Source of the DNA: Candidatus Buchananbacteria bacterium RIFCSPHIGHO2_02_FULL_39_17
GTDB lineage: Bacteria > Patescibacteriota > Patescibacteriia > Buchananbacterales > UBA6539
DNA length: 43,213 nt
NCBI GenBank assembly: GCA_001817425.1
Contig: MHII01000010.1
Coordinates: forward strand, 1-43,213
Direction of reading: 5' to 3'
Numbering within the stretch: the first letter of the stretch is position 1; the number at the start of each line of letters is the position of its first letter. The notes beneath the pieces are model-generated. The model was not told the origin of the DNA and did not search any database. It saw only the letters and a program-made list of their open reading frames with translations. The position numbers and the translations under genes were made by a program. Positions 16,203 through 25,142 of this stretch are shown one piece after another.

Positions 16203-17594
16203 TAAATCTTCTTTTTTGATTTCAATGTGAGCTTCTTTTAATTGCTCTTCATTAATTAAAGACGGAGCCTCCATCATTAAATCCCGATTATCTCCAGTTT
16301 TTGAGAAAGGAATAACCTCGCGGATATTTGGTTCATTCTGCAAAATGGCCACAATTCGGTCAAGGCCGCCAGCAATACCGCCATGGGGCGGCGCGCCAAA
16401 TTCAAAAGCATTAAGCATATGGCCAAAGCGCCGCCCAATTTCCTCTTCGGTCAAACCCAAAATATCAAAAACTTTTTTTTGAATGTCGCGCTGATGGATT
16501 CTGATTGAACCGCCAAAAATCTCAAAGCCGTTTAAAGCCAAATCATAAGCATAGGCCCGCCATTTCAAGGGGTCATGCGGATATTTTTTCATATCCTTGG
16601 GGTTGGGCGTGGTAAAGGGATGATGAACCGCCACCAGCTTTTTTTCGGTTTCTGAATTTTCAAACATTGGGATATCAACGATCCAACAAAAAGCCAACTC
16701 CTCCGGGTTATTTTTATCAACCCGCAAGTCCGGCTTATCGGTCTGGTACTTTACCATTGACTCTTGATAAGTCAGCTGGGGAAAAGGCATCTGGCTAATT
16801 TTTTTGTTCGGATAAAGTTTCTCAACCAACTTAATCATCAACTTTTCCACTAAAGAAAAAATATCTTTGGGGTTAACAAAGCTCATTTCCACATCAATTT
16901 GGGTAAATTCCGCCTGGCGATCCCCTCTTTGGTCTTCATCCCGAAAGCATCTCGCAATCTGAAAATATTTCTCCAAGCCGGCGACTATTAATAATTGCTT
17001 GAACTGCTGGGGCGATTGGGGCAAGACGTAAAATTTCCCCGGCCAAAGCCGCGCCGGCACGATAAATTCGCGCGCCCCTTCCGGCGTGCCTTTGGTTAAA
17101 ATCGGCGTTTCAATTTCCAAAAAACCAAGTTTGTCAAAATAGTCTCGGACAAATTTAATAATTTTATGGCGCATCACTAAATTGTTTTTCGGCCGGCTAC
17201 GGCGCAAATCCAAATAACGATACTTCATCCGAATCTCTTCGCCCGGCTCCTGGATGCTTTCAATCTCAAATGGCGGTGTTTTCGCCGGATTTAAAATTTC
17301 TAATTTTTCTGCTGATAACTCAATCGTGCCCGTACTGATTTTAGGATTAATTAAATTAGCCGGCCGCTCTTTAACCACACCGCTGATCATAATGACATAT
17401 TCGGAACGCAAAGTACCAGCTAGCTGATGGGTTTTTTCTTGGTCTGGGCTAAAAACGACTTGCAAAAGCCCTGACCGGTCGCGCAAGTCAATAAAGATTA
17501 ATTTACCATGATCCCGCCGGGCATGGACCCAGCCAGAAACTGTCACTTTTTTACCTACTTTTTTGACGACTTGATTAATAGCAATTCGCTTCAT
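16194..17594 (-). CDS. aspS: aspartate--tRNA ligase lacking the GAD insertion domain
   Basis: FIDLRDRSG, LPQSPQQFKQ, CFRDED, GAPPHGGIAGGLDR. Confidence 0.95.
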   Translation of the reverse strand: MKRIAINQVVKKVGKKVTVSGWVHARRDHGKLIFIDLRDRSGLLQVVFSPDQEKTHQLAGTLRSEYVIMISGVVKERPANLINPKISTGTIELSAEKLEILNPAKTPPFEIESIQEPGEEIRMKYRYLDLRRSRPKNNLVMRHKIIKFVRDYFDKLGFLEIETPILTKGTPEGAREFIVPARLWPGKFYVLPQSPQQFKQLLIVAGLEKYFQIARCFRDEDQRGDRQAEFTQIDVEMSFVNPKDIFSLVEKLMIKLVEKLYPNKKISQMPFPQLTYQESMVKYQTDKPDLRVDKNNPEELAFCWIVDIPMFENSETEKKLVAVHHPFTTPNPKDMKKYPHDPLKWRAYAYDLALNGFEIFGGSIRIHQRDIQKKVFDILGLTEEEIGRRFGHMLNAFEFGAPPHGGIAGGLDRIVAILQNEPNIREVIPFSKTGDNRDLMMEAPSLINEEQLKEAHIEIKKEDLPR

Positions 17595-17659
17595 AATCCT
17601 AAAAATTAAATAATTTTAATGTCTATATTATATAATCTTTCTAATAATTTGAAAAGGGG

Positions 17660-17688
17660 TTGACAAATTCTAAATTCTACGGTAAGAT
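17660..17688 (+). promoter_or_regulatory. sigma70 promoter
   Basis: TTGACA-17-TAAGAT. Confidence 0.65.
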
Positions 17689-17738
17689 AAAAATCTCAAA
17701 TTGGAGTTCTTTTTAGTTTACCGAAAGGAGGGAAATCA

Positions 17739-18005
17739 GTGAACGCTCAAGTAGAAGAGGCCACTGGAGCTGCCGAAAATCGAGTGCATCGACTTTTTGA
17801 AGCAGCGGAAAGGAACGGCGGACCCTATGAAATCTGCGAACAAGAAACGTTCCAAGCGCTGCTACGGGAAGAAGGATGCAAGATTGGTACCATTGTCAAT
17901 ATCCCTCACGGGGATAAGGGATACAAGACCCAATGTTCTTCCAAACCAAATGGGTCTTCTCTTCACTTCTTTATTTTCACGCCAGAACCAGTTGACTGGC
18001 AGTGA
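17739..18005 (+). CDS. hypothetical protein (88 aa)
   Basis: strong RBS AAAGGAGG before GTG, upstream promoter and downstream terminator. Confidence 0.65.
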   Translation: MNAQVEEATGAAENRVHRLFEAAERNGGPYEICEQETFQALLREEGCKIGTIVNIPHGDKGYKTQCSSKPNGSSLHFFIFTPEPVDWQ

Positions 18006-18029
18006 AAAAAGAAGCAAATCACCACCAAC

Positions 18030-18070
18030 GGAGGCTGGGTCACAAAGACTTTTCAGCCTCCATTTTATTT
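18030..18070 (+). terminator. intrinsic terminator
   Basis: ggaggctg...cagcctcc followed by attttattt. Confidence 0.55.
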
Positions 18071-18122
18071 ATAACAAAATTAAAAAAAGGCCGATTTTGT
18101 GATATCAAAAAAAACAACAAAT

Positions 18123-18151
18123 AAAAAACCGTAACGGATAACCGCTACGGT
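18123..18151 (-). terminator. intrinsic terminator of the pyrBI-like gene
   Basis: ACCGTAGCGG-TTAT-CCGTTACGGT then TTTTT on the minus strand. Confidence 0.7.
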
Positions 18152-18161
18152 CGAACTTTAC

Positions 18162-19898
18162 CTAAAAACCAATCAAAGAACCAAAAGTATGCCGCACCAC
18201 TCGTTCGGCATGGTATTGATGCTGACAAAAAGCGCATTCCAGCCAGACAGTTGAACCAGCTTGACCGTTAACCCAAAAAAACGTCTTGGCTAATGGCTCG
18301 GTTTCAGAGTTAGTAATACAATGTATATTAGGGCATTTGAAAATCTCATCAACTGCCCTTGGCAGTGAAGGACAGATTTTAAGATAGCCATCCCTGCCCT
18401 CTGCTTCCAACTCCGGATAAGCCAGACTTAATCTAATCTCCGGTGAAACCAAAATCCAGATACCAGCCAATTGAGGCAAAACGCGAAGATTGGGATACCA
18501 TAACTCACCTTTTGTCCCCAAAGTTTCTGAACGGAACTCCTCGCCAATTAAACGCCTATGGCCTTTACTCCAGCCGAATTGATCATTAATCGTTCTAACC
18601 ACCCCGACAAGTTCTGGCCGAACGGCATTAATCACCACCCCATTTCGAAGAATCATTGAGACCGCTTCCGTGTCAGCGGCATACCGAGTTTCTAATTCAG
18701 CATGCTTATTTGCCAACTTCATGGTTTTAATAATGTTTTGACCAGGCACGAACTCAACAGGCGGAATATTCAAAAGCGTTGCCTCTGAATGAAAGCGGTT
18801 ATTGTAACAACGCCAAATAACTTCCTGACGAATATACCGGCCCATCGATGACTGCATCTTAGCAATCACCTTAGGGTGATTTCTTAGTTCAGCTGGTATG
18901 GTTGGTGTCATTTCGTCATATGGCTTAGCATCCATCACTTCACCACCAAAATTGTCCAAAAAATCTTGGGACAGCCTGTAAGGGGCAATAATCCGCCGCA
19001 CCTCATCGGCTTGTTCCTGAATATGTTTAGGCAATCGCTCAACCTGAACACGAATGAAGTAAGCAATGTTTGCCTTGATCGCATCATTTAAATCAGAGCT
19101 AATTTGAGCGCGTTCGCCTAAAAAGTCAAGACACCACTGCTCAACTTGAAAATCAACGGGTTTGCTTGGCGCAATGAAGATAAATTTGATGTCAAACCAC
19201 CGCCCCGCATTAATCCAAGTATGGGTGACTCGGCTTTCATGCAAACCGCCAATAAAAGCAACTGTCAGATTGTCTAATGCCTCGGTGATAATTTTGTCCA
19301 AAAAATCATCAGCATCGCCTCGGGCAAAGACCTCTTCTAAAATCCGGATTGTTTCCGAATTTTTCCAACGAATTGTTAACCGGCGGCAGACAATGGTCAT
19401 CACGTCCAACATAAATTGAGTTGGGTGTTCGCGCGTCCCCTCGCCACAACTGATAAAAGAAAGTTCTCTACTTACCCATTGATAGTCGTTAACGGTTTCT
19501 AAGACTCTGGCTAAGTGCAGCATCAAGCCTTCAACGCCAAAACGACCGGCAATAACATGAACGCCGTGCTCTTGCATGGTTTCAACAGTTTCCCAGTAAG
19601 ACTCACCCTTTTTTAAGGAAAGAGAACTGGGATCAATATATCTGACCCGAAAGCCAATGTCTTCACCAGCCGCGCCAGTCGACAAAATCGTACGCGAACT
19701 GTTTTCACCGCCGAACACGTCCAGGCCGGGCTTCTGCCCGTTGGGCAGTAAACCAACCTTTAATTCAGGTCGAACTGGCTCATTTTTCAAATCGGCGAGA
19801 AGGCGGCGTAATCCACCTCTGACATAATCACAAACTTCTTGGCGTGCCGCTTCTCGTTCTGGCCCTAAGTACCTAACTCCCAACAAATGCTTTCTCAT
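18162..19898 (-). CDS. divergent fused aspartate carbamoyltransferase catalytic + regulatory (PyrB-PyrI-like) protein
   Basis: ENSSRT, SSLKKGES, HPTQ, RVQVER (PyrB); NGVVIN and CPNIHCITN...CAFC (PyrI zinc domain); RBS AGAGGAG. Confidence 0.8.
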   Translation of the reverse strand: MRKHLLGVRYLGPEREAARQEVCDYVRGGLRRLLADLKNEPVRPELKVGLLPNGQKPGLDVFGGENSSRTILSTGAAGEDIGFRVRYIDPSSLSLKKGESYWETVETMQEHGVHVIAGRFGVEGLMLHLARVLETVNDYQWVSRELSFISCGEGTREHPTQFMLDVMTIVCRRLTIRWKNSETIRILEEVFARGDADDFLDKIITEALDNLTVAFIGGLHESRVTHTWINAGRWFDIKFIFIAPSKPVDFQVEQWCLDFLGERAQISSDLNDAIKANIAYFIRVQVERLPKHIQEQADEVRRIIAPYRLSQDFLDNFGGEVMDAKPYDEMTPTIPAELRNHPKVIAKMQSSMGRYIRQEVIWRCYNNRFHSEATLLNIPPVEFVPGQNIIKTMKLANKHAELETRYAADTEAVSMILRNGVVINAVRPELVGVVRTINDQFGWSKGHRRLIGEEFRSETLGTKGELWYPNLRVLPQLAGIWILVSPEIRLSLAYPELEAEGRDGYLKICPSLPRAVDEIFKCPNIHCITNSETEPLAKTFFWVNGQAGSTVWLECAFCQHQYHAERVVRHTFGSLIGF

Positions 19899-19943
19899 CT
19901 CTACTGCTCCTCTTTTCCTAATTTCCGCATATTATCTAGGCAC

Positions 19944-19968
19944 AAAAAAATAACGGCCTTTTGCCGTT
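19944..19968 (-). terminator. terminator-like hairpin in the leader of the pyrBI-like gene
   Basis: AACGGC-AAAAG-GCCGTT followed by ATTTTTTT. Confidence 0.55.
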
Positions 19969-20006
19969 TTTTCACAGGTTGTCAAAGAAACAACCCCCTT
20001 CAACAG

Positions 20007-20035
20007 ATATTAGCATTCCTGATAAATTAAGTCAA
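20007..20035 (-). promoter_or_regulatory. sigma70 promoter overlapping the recO stop codon
   Basis: TTGACT-17-TAATAT with TG extension. Confidence 0.55.
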
Positions 20036-20587
20036 GGATAATTTTGCCATTAATTTTTCTGACCCCAATTCTGATTCCAGATGATATTTTAAAAAATTGG
20101 CTAACTTAGCGGCATGCTGACTAATCTCGGCTGAAGGCGTAAATCCTAACAGAGAAAGAAGTTTTATCGTAAAGGCTTGTTTCACCATCTGCCACTCCGC
20201 CCAATTAAACTGGTTAATATCTAAAACGTTGAAATATTTAACGAGGAGAAAAAAAATCTTTTCATCCCTAAGACCAATTTTAGTTAACCGATCAATAATT
20301 TCTAAAGCAAAGCTGGCTAAAACAATTTTTTTCAAATCATGACCAATTTTCAAAAAATTTCTTTGAATTTGGGCCGCGGCGATATGGTCGTAATTTCTCC
20401 CAGAGGCAATCATCAAATCAATCACCGCCAAACTCTTGAGTTGGCTATTAAGCTTACTTTGAATTTTTTTTGTCCCTCGGCCCAAAGCTAAAATTTTTCC
20501 TTTTTTTTGAGTGTAAATCGTAAAAATCTGATCGGCTTCACCGCGATCAATTTGTTTTAAGATGATGCCCGGGGTTTGGTAAGTCAT
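20027..20587 (-). CDS. recO: DNA repair protein RecO (short form)
   Basis: GIILKQIDRGEADQIFTIYT...KLLSLLGFTP. Confidence 0.9.
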   Translation of the reverse strand: MTYQTPGIILKQIDRGEADQIFTIYTQKKGKILALGRGTKKIQSKLNSQLKSLAVIDLMIASGRNYDHIAAAQIQRNFLKIGHDLKKIVLASFALEIIDRLTKIGLRDEKIFFLLVKYFNVLDINQFNWAEWQMVKQAFTIKLLSLLGFTPSAEISQHAAKLANFLKYHLESELGSEKLMAKLSLT

Positions 20588-20673
20588 AAAAATTTAAAAT
20601 GTAAAAATCAAAATTTAAAATGACAATATAAAATGTTAAAATTGAAAAGTTGCCAAAGGCAAATACCTAAATT

Positions 20674-21120
20674 TTACATTTTTATTTTTACATTTTTCAT
20701 TTTATCTAAGTGACTCTGTAGTATCAGCATTGCCGCCACGGCGTCATCCGGCCCCTTTTTTACCAAATCTCTACGCAAACCATTGGCTAATTTAGTACTT
20801 AAACGCTCGTCTTCTAATTCAACTGGTAAATCAAGATTTTTTTTCAGCCAATTAACAAAATTTAAAACTTCTTTCATCTGCTGATTTTGCAAATCAACTT
20901 GCCGCCAAAAAATTTTTTTACTGCCGTTTTGCATGCTTACCGGCACGCCAACAATAATTTTTTCAATTTGATTTTGTTGGCAAATTAACTCAAGCCGCGC
21001 TTTAATTTGACTTTGATTTTGACCAATCAAAACTTCGAGAGGTAAAGCTAATCTATGGCCTTCGTCAGAAACCGCCAAACCAATTTTTTTCCTCCCGTAA
21101 TCGATACCCAAAATTGACAT
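20674..21120 (-). CDS. ruvX: RuvX/YqgF RNase H-fold nuclease
   Basis: ILGIDYGRKKIGLAVSD, DERLST, DAVAAMLILQ. Confidence 0.93.
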   Translation of the reverse strand: MSILGIDYGRKKIGLAVSDEGHRLALPLEVLIGQNQSQIKARLELICQQNQIEKIIVGVPVSMQNGSKKIFWRQVDLQNQQMKEVLNFVNWLKKNLDLPVELEDERLSTKLANGLRRDLVKKGPDDAVAAMLILQSHLDKMKNVKIKM

Positions 21121-21237
21121 AATTAAATTTTTAATTTTTAAATTCGAATTTTGATTCAATTTTGAATAACCCAATTTTGAAACATTAAGATATTAAGATA
21201 TTGAATCGAAATTAAAAATTCTAAATTCAAATTTTAA
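21121..21237. repeat. AT-rich inverted heptamer-like array
   Basis: begins directly upstream of the ruvX ATG; ttttgattcaa ... ttgaatcgaaa core. Confidence 0.65.
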
Positions 21238-21269
21238 TCCCTTTAATTAATAAATAAAAACTAAACAAT

Positions 21270-22046
21270 TCAAATTTTAGTCAGTATCTCACAACCATTT
21301 TCTGTTACGACAATAGTGTGTTCAAAATGCGCACATAAACTCCCATCAGCCGTAACAATAGTTAGACCATCAGCCAAAGTTTTCACGTCTGATTCACCAA
21401 TATTAATCATTGGTTCAATCGCCAAAACCATGCCCTCTTTTAATTCAATTACTGGTTGAGACGGCTGATAAAAATTAGGAATCCGCGGCTCTTCATGAAC
21501 CGCATAGCCAACGCCATGACCGACTAATTGGCGCACCACGGAAAAACCTTGACTTTCCACATAATCCTGAATGGCTTTGCCAATATCTGACAAAATATTT
21601 CCGGGTTTTACTTGACTAATACCAATCATTAAGGATTTCTGCGTGACCTTAATTAGTTTTCTGGCGATCGCCGAAATTTGGCCAATCGGAATCGTCACCG
21701 CCAAATCAGTGTAGAATCCGTCTTGAGCCGGATATTTCATCCCAATATCAAGGCTTAAAATATCGCCTTTTTTCAATTGATAATTACTGGCTGGTGTGTG
21801 AACCAACTGTTCATTGACCGAAGCGCAAATAGTGGTGGGAAAAGATTGATCGGCCTCGTGATCCCGATGATTTTTAAAGGCCGGCGCGCCGCCTGCCTCT
21901 AAAATTAATTTTTCGGCTAATTGATCGAGGGCAATGGTTTTGCTGCCCGGTTTTACCGCCTTAATTAATTGTTCTAAAATTAAAGCCAGTTTTTTGCCGC
22001 CTTCAGCTAAAATTTTTATCTCTTCTGGTTTTTTTATGGTAATCAT
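21270..22046 (-). CDS. map: type I methionine aminopeptidase
   Basis: GHGVGYAVHEEP, AIEPM, AHFEHT. Confidence 0.95.
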   Translation of the reverse strand: MITIKKPEEIKILAEGGKKLALILEQLIKAVKPGSKTIALDQLAEKLILEAGGAPAFKNHRDHEADQSFPTTICASVNEQLVHTPASNYQLKKGDILSLDIGMKYPAQDGFYTDLAVTIPIGQISAIARKLIKVTQKSLMIGISQVKPGNILSDIGKAIQDYVESQGFSVVRQLVGHGVGYAVHEEPRIPNFYQPSQPVIELKEGMVLAIEPMINIGESDVKTLADGLTIVTADGSLCAHFEHTIVVTENGCEILTKI

Positions 22047-22167
22047 AAAATAATTCAAAAGTCAAAAGTCAAAAGTCAAAATTTAGGAATTCGCCTTCGG
22101 CGAATAATTTTAAATTATAAATCTTAATTATATAAAATAATCCCAATTAGCGATTTGCGATTAGCGA

Positions 22168-22800
22168 TTAGCTATTTTGGTGGATAATTTTTTCAATCTG
22201 CTGATAAACTTCTTCAATAGATTTTGATCCGTCAATATGGTATAAAATTCCGTCTTTGAGGTAAGCGGCGAAAATTGGTTCAGTTTCTTGATGATAAATT
22301 GCTAAACGCTTTTTAATCGCTTCAAGTTGGTCATCATCTCGTTTAAATAAGGCATGACCGCAACGGTCACAAACGCCTGTCTTTTTGGGTGGGTTAAAAT
22401 CTAAATGATAGCTTAAGCCGCACTTACAAGCCAAACGACCGCCCAAACGTCTGATGGCCTCCTGATCGATTAATTCAATAACAATGACAAAATCAATTTT
22501 TGTTAATTGATACAAAAAATCAAACTGAACCTGATCTCTCGGATAACCATCTAAAACAAAACCAACCGCGCAATCCGGTTGGTCAATCCGATTTTTGACA
22601 ATTTCGTTCGTTAAATCATCAGACACAAGTTTACCCGCATTAATATAAACGCCAATTTTCTTGCCTAATTCAGTCTGATTTTTAAGATGGTAACGAAAAA
22701 TATCACCAGTTGAAATATAAGGTAAGTGATGTCGGCGCGCAATTAATTCTGCTTGGGTACCCTTGCCTGAACCTTGAGGACCAAAAATAATAATTCTCAT
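22168..22800 (-). CDS. adk: adenylate kinase with zinc-type LID
   Basis: GPQGSGKGTQA, LDGYPR, CKC...CDRC. Confidence 0.95.
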   Translation of the reverse strand: MRIIIFGPQGSGKGTQAELIARRHHLPYISTGDIFRYHLKNQTELGKKIGVYINAGKLVSDDLTNEIVKNRIDQPDCAVGFVLDGYPRDQVQFDFLYQLTKIDFVIVIELIDQEAIRRLGGRLACKCGLSYHLDFNPPKKTGVCDRCGHALFKRDDDQLEAIKKRLAIYHQETEPIFAAYLKDGILYHIDGSKSIEEVYQQIEKIIHQNS

Positions 22801-22847
22801 AACCAATAAAGTAAAGTTAAAAAGCAATGCCGCAAAAACTTTTAACT

Positions 22848-23087
22848 TTACCCCCTTATTGACTTTAACAAACTTTCTTTATCAACTTCCGAAATTTCCC
22901 CTTTTGCCCTAAGCTCTTTCACGACTCTCTTAATTTCCTCCTCACTCACGCCACCATCGTCAAGTTCCTTAATCAAAACCGTTAAAATCGTCTATCGTTG
23001 CCGAAAATCAAGACTTGGCAATTGAAATAAAACGTCTTTGATTTGCTGACTGGTCTTAAAAATTTTTTTTGAAGAAAAAAATCCCAT
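22848..23087 (-). pseudogene. 80-codon hypothetical gene with an internal TAG at codon 32 (not in the ORF track)
   Basis: MGFFSSKKIFKTSQQIKDVLFQLPSLDFRQR*TILTVLIKELDDGGVSEEEIKRVVKELRAKGEISEVDKESLLKSIRG; TAG at 22994-22992. Confidence 0.65.
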
Positions 23088-23327
23088 ATTCCCTCCGGTC
23101 GCTGAAGCGACCTCGGTTAAATTTAAACCCGCCTGCCACCCGCCTTTAATTATTCTTTAAAATTAAAATTGTTTAGCTAGATTTAATTCTATCTCTAATA
23201 AATCTCTTTCAGCAGTTATTGGCGGGCAGGTCTCAAAAATAAAAATTATGGAGTCCCGGTCGCCTTCGGCGACCGAAAACGGAATAATTACCTAAATTTT
23301 GATTTTTGACTTTTGAATTTTAACTTT
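23088..23327. repeat. composite intergenic element homologous to 32393-32519, with a nested IR insert at 23128-23230
   Basis: shared tctcaaaaataaaaattatggagtccc...cggaataattac.taaattttgatttttga. Confidence 0.8.
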
Positions 23328-24605
23328 TTAAAGTCCTTCATAGTCGCGCATGGTTAATTGCGACTCAATTTTTTTATAAGTTTCAATGACCACTGAAACC
23401 ACAATTAAAAGGCTGGTGCCGCCAACGGCTAAAGTTGTAATCCCGGTGAAGCTCCTTAAAGCCAAAGGCAAAACCGAAATAATCCCTAAAAATAAAGCCC
23501 CGGCTAAAATAATACGATTAGTCGTATTTTTAAGATAATCAACGGTTTGGTGGCCGGGCCGAATCCCCGGGATAAAGCCGCCCTGTTTTTGCAAATTTTC
23601 CGCAATTTGATCCGGATGAAAAATAACTTCCGTGTAAAAATAAGTAAAAGCAAAAACCAAAAGAAAATATAAAACACCGTAAAATATCTGATTTTGAAAT
23701 AAAGCAATAGTTTTTTCCGCTAAGCTGACTAAAATTTGAGTTTTTGCCGTCAAAAAGAATTGAGCGATCATTGGCGGAAATAAAATAATAGAAATAGCAA
23801 AAATAATTGGAATCACTCCGGCCATGTTTACCCGCAATGGCAAATGAGTATTGACCCCGCCGTACATTTTCATCCCCCGCACTCGTTTAGCATAAGAAAC
23901 GGGTACATTGCGCTGACCTTCAGTAATAATCACCACCCCCACAATAGTCAAAATGGCGATAAAAACAAAAAGCAAAAGATTAATTAATTGAGTATTATCA
24001 AAAACTAAGAAAGTTTGCTGTAGCGCTTGAGGCAATCCAGAAACGATGCCAGCAAAAATCAAAAGCGAGATGCCGTTACCGACATGTTTTTCGGAAATTA
24101 ATTCACCAAGCCACATCAAAAAAATCGTTCCGGCCGTTGAAGTTACAATAATCATTAACAGCCGCCAAGGAGTTAAATCAAGAAAAATTTGAGCCGATGA
24201 CTGACGGAGTAAAGCAACCAAACCATAGCCTTGCATCGCGGCCAAAGGGATAGTCAGCATTCTGGTCCACTGATTAATCCGGCGTTGACCAGCTTCACCT
24301 TCTTTAGAAATCTCTTCTAGGCGCGGGATAATCATAATCAAAAGTTGAAAAATAATTGATGCGGTAATATAAGGCGCCACGCCCATCGCCACAATGGAAA
24401 AATTTTCCATACCGCCGCCAGACAAAATATTCATAATGCCCAAAAGCTGGTTAGCGGAAAAAAAATCCTTTAAGGCCTTAGCGTCAATACCCGGAATCGG
24501 AATATGGGCGGCGATACGAAAAATTGCCAGCATCGCGGCAACAAAAACAATACTCTGTCGTAAATCTTTAATTTTCCAAATTTGAACTAATTTTTTCCAC
24601 CACAT
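23328..24605 (-). CDS. secY: preprotein translocase subunit SecY
   Basis: PYITASII, GNGISLLIFAGI, GFIPGIRPG, GGTSLLIVV. Confidence 0.97.
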   Translation of the reverse strand: MWWKKLVQIWKIKDLRQSIVFVAAMLAIFRIAAHIPIPGIDAKALKDFFSANQLLGIMNILSGGGMENFSIVAMGVAPYITASIIFQLLIMIIPRLEEISKEGEAGQRRINQWTRMLTIPLAAMQGYGLVALLRQSSAQIFLDLTPWRLLMIIVTSTAGTIFLMWLGELISEKHVGNGISLLIFAGIVSGLPQALQQTFLVFDNTQLINLLLFVFIAILTIVGVVIITEGQRNVPVSYAKRVRGMKMYGGVNTHLPLRVNMAGVIPIIFAISIILFPPMIAQFFLTAKTQILVSLAEKTIALFQNQIFYGVLYFLLVFAFTYFYTEVIFHPDQIAENLQKQGGFIPGIRPGHQTVDYLKNTTNRIILAGALFLGIISVLPLALRSFTGITTLAVGGTSLLIVVSVVIETYKKIESQLTMRDYEGL

Positions 24606-24657
24606 AAGTCAGAAAGTAAGAGCTTAAGAAAGTAAAAGCTTAAGAGAGTAAGAAAGA

Positions 24658-25134
24658 TTATTTCTTATTTCTTAATAACTTATTACTTACCAACTGGGCT
24701 TGGCCACCTACTTCCATTATAGCCTTTTTTGCCGATTCTGAAAAAGCATTAGCCAAAACATTTAACTTTTTCGTTAATTTACCTTGACCGAGGATCTTAA
24801 TCCCATTTTTTATTTCCAGAGTGAGACCTTTGGCAATAATTTTTGCTGGATTAACAATTTCGTTAGCAGAAAAATTTTTCTCTAACTGATCCAAATTAAT
24901 AATCACAAATTTACCTTTTTGGCTTTTAAACCCACCGATTTTCGGCTTATTTTTCAAAAGTTGCTTTAAGCCTCTTAGCTTCAATCCCTTCTTACCACCT
25001 GAACGAGCCCGCTGTCCCTTTAAGCCGCGCCCGCTATAAGTGCCATGACCAGAGGCATTACCTCGGCCCACTCGCTTGCGTTTCTTTTTGGCGCCAAAAT
25101 TAATTTTTAAATTATCTAAAGTTAATTCCACCAT
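24658..25134 (-). CDS. rplO: 50S ribosomal protein L15
   Basis: RVGRGNASGHGTYSGRGLKGQRARSG. Confidence 0.96.
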   Translation of the reverse strand: MVELTLDNLKINFGAKKKRKRVGRGNASGHGTYSGRGLKGQRARSGGKKGLKLRGLKQLLKNKPKIGGFKSQKGKFVIINLDQLEKNFSANEIVNPAKIIAKGLTLEIKNGIKILGQGKLTKKLNVLANAFSESAKKAIMEVGGQAQLVSNKLLRNKK

Positions 25135-25142
25135 AAAAATAA

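Noticed and set aside
17797-18102. Alternative 101-aa ORF overlapping 17739-18005
   Set aside because: No RBS and it runs through the terminator; the 17739 frame has a strong SD.
22992-22994. Possible stop-codon recoding (in-frame TAG here and in the GIY-YIG relic)
   Set aside because: TAG terminates rpsQ and aspS at expected positions, and TGA terminates rplV, rplC and map, so table 11 fits; neither amber recoding nor code 25 is supported.
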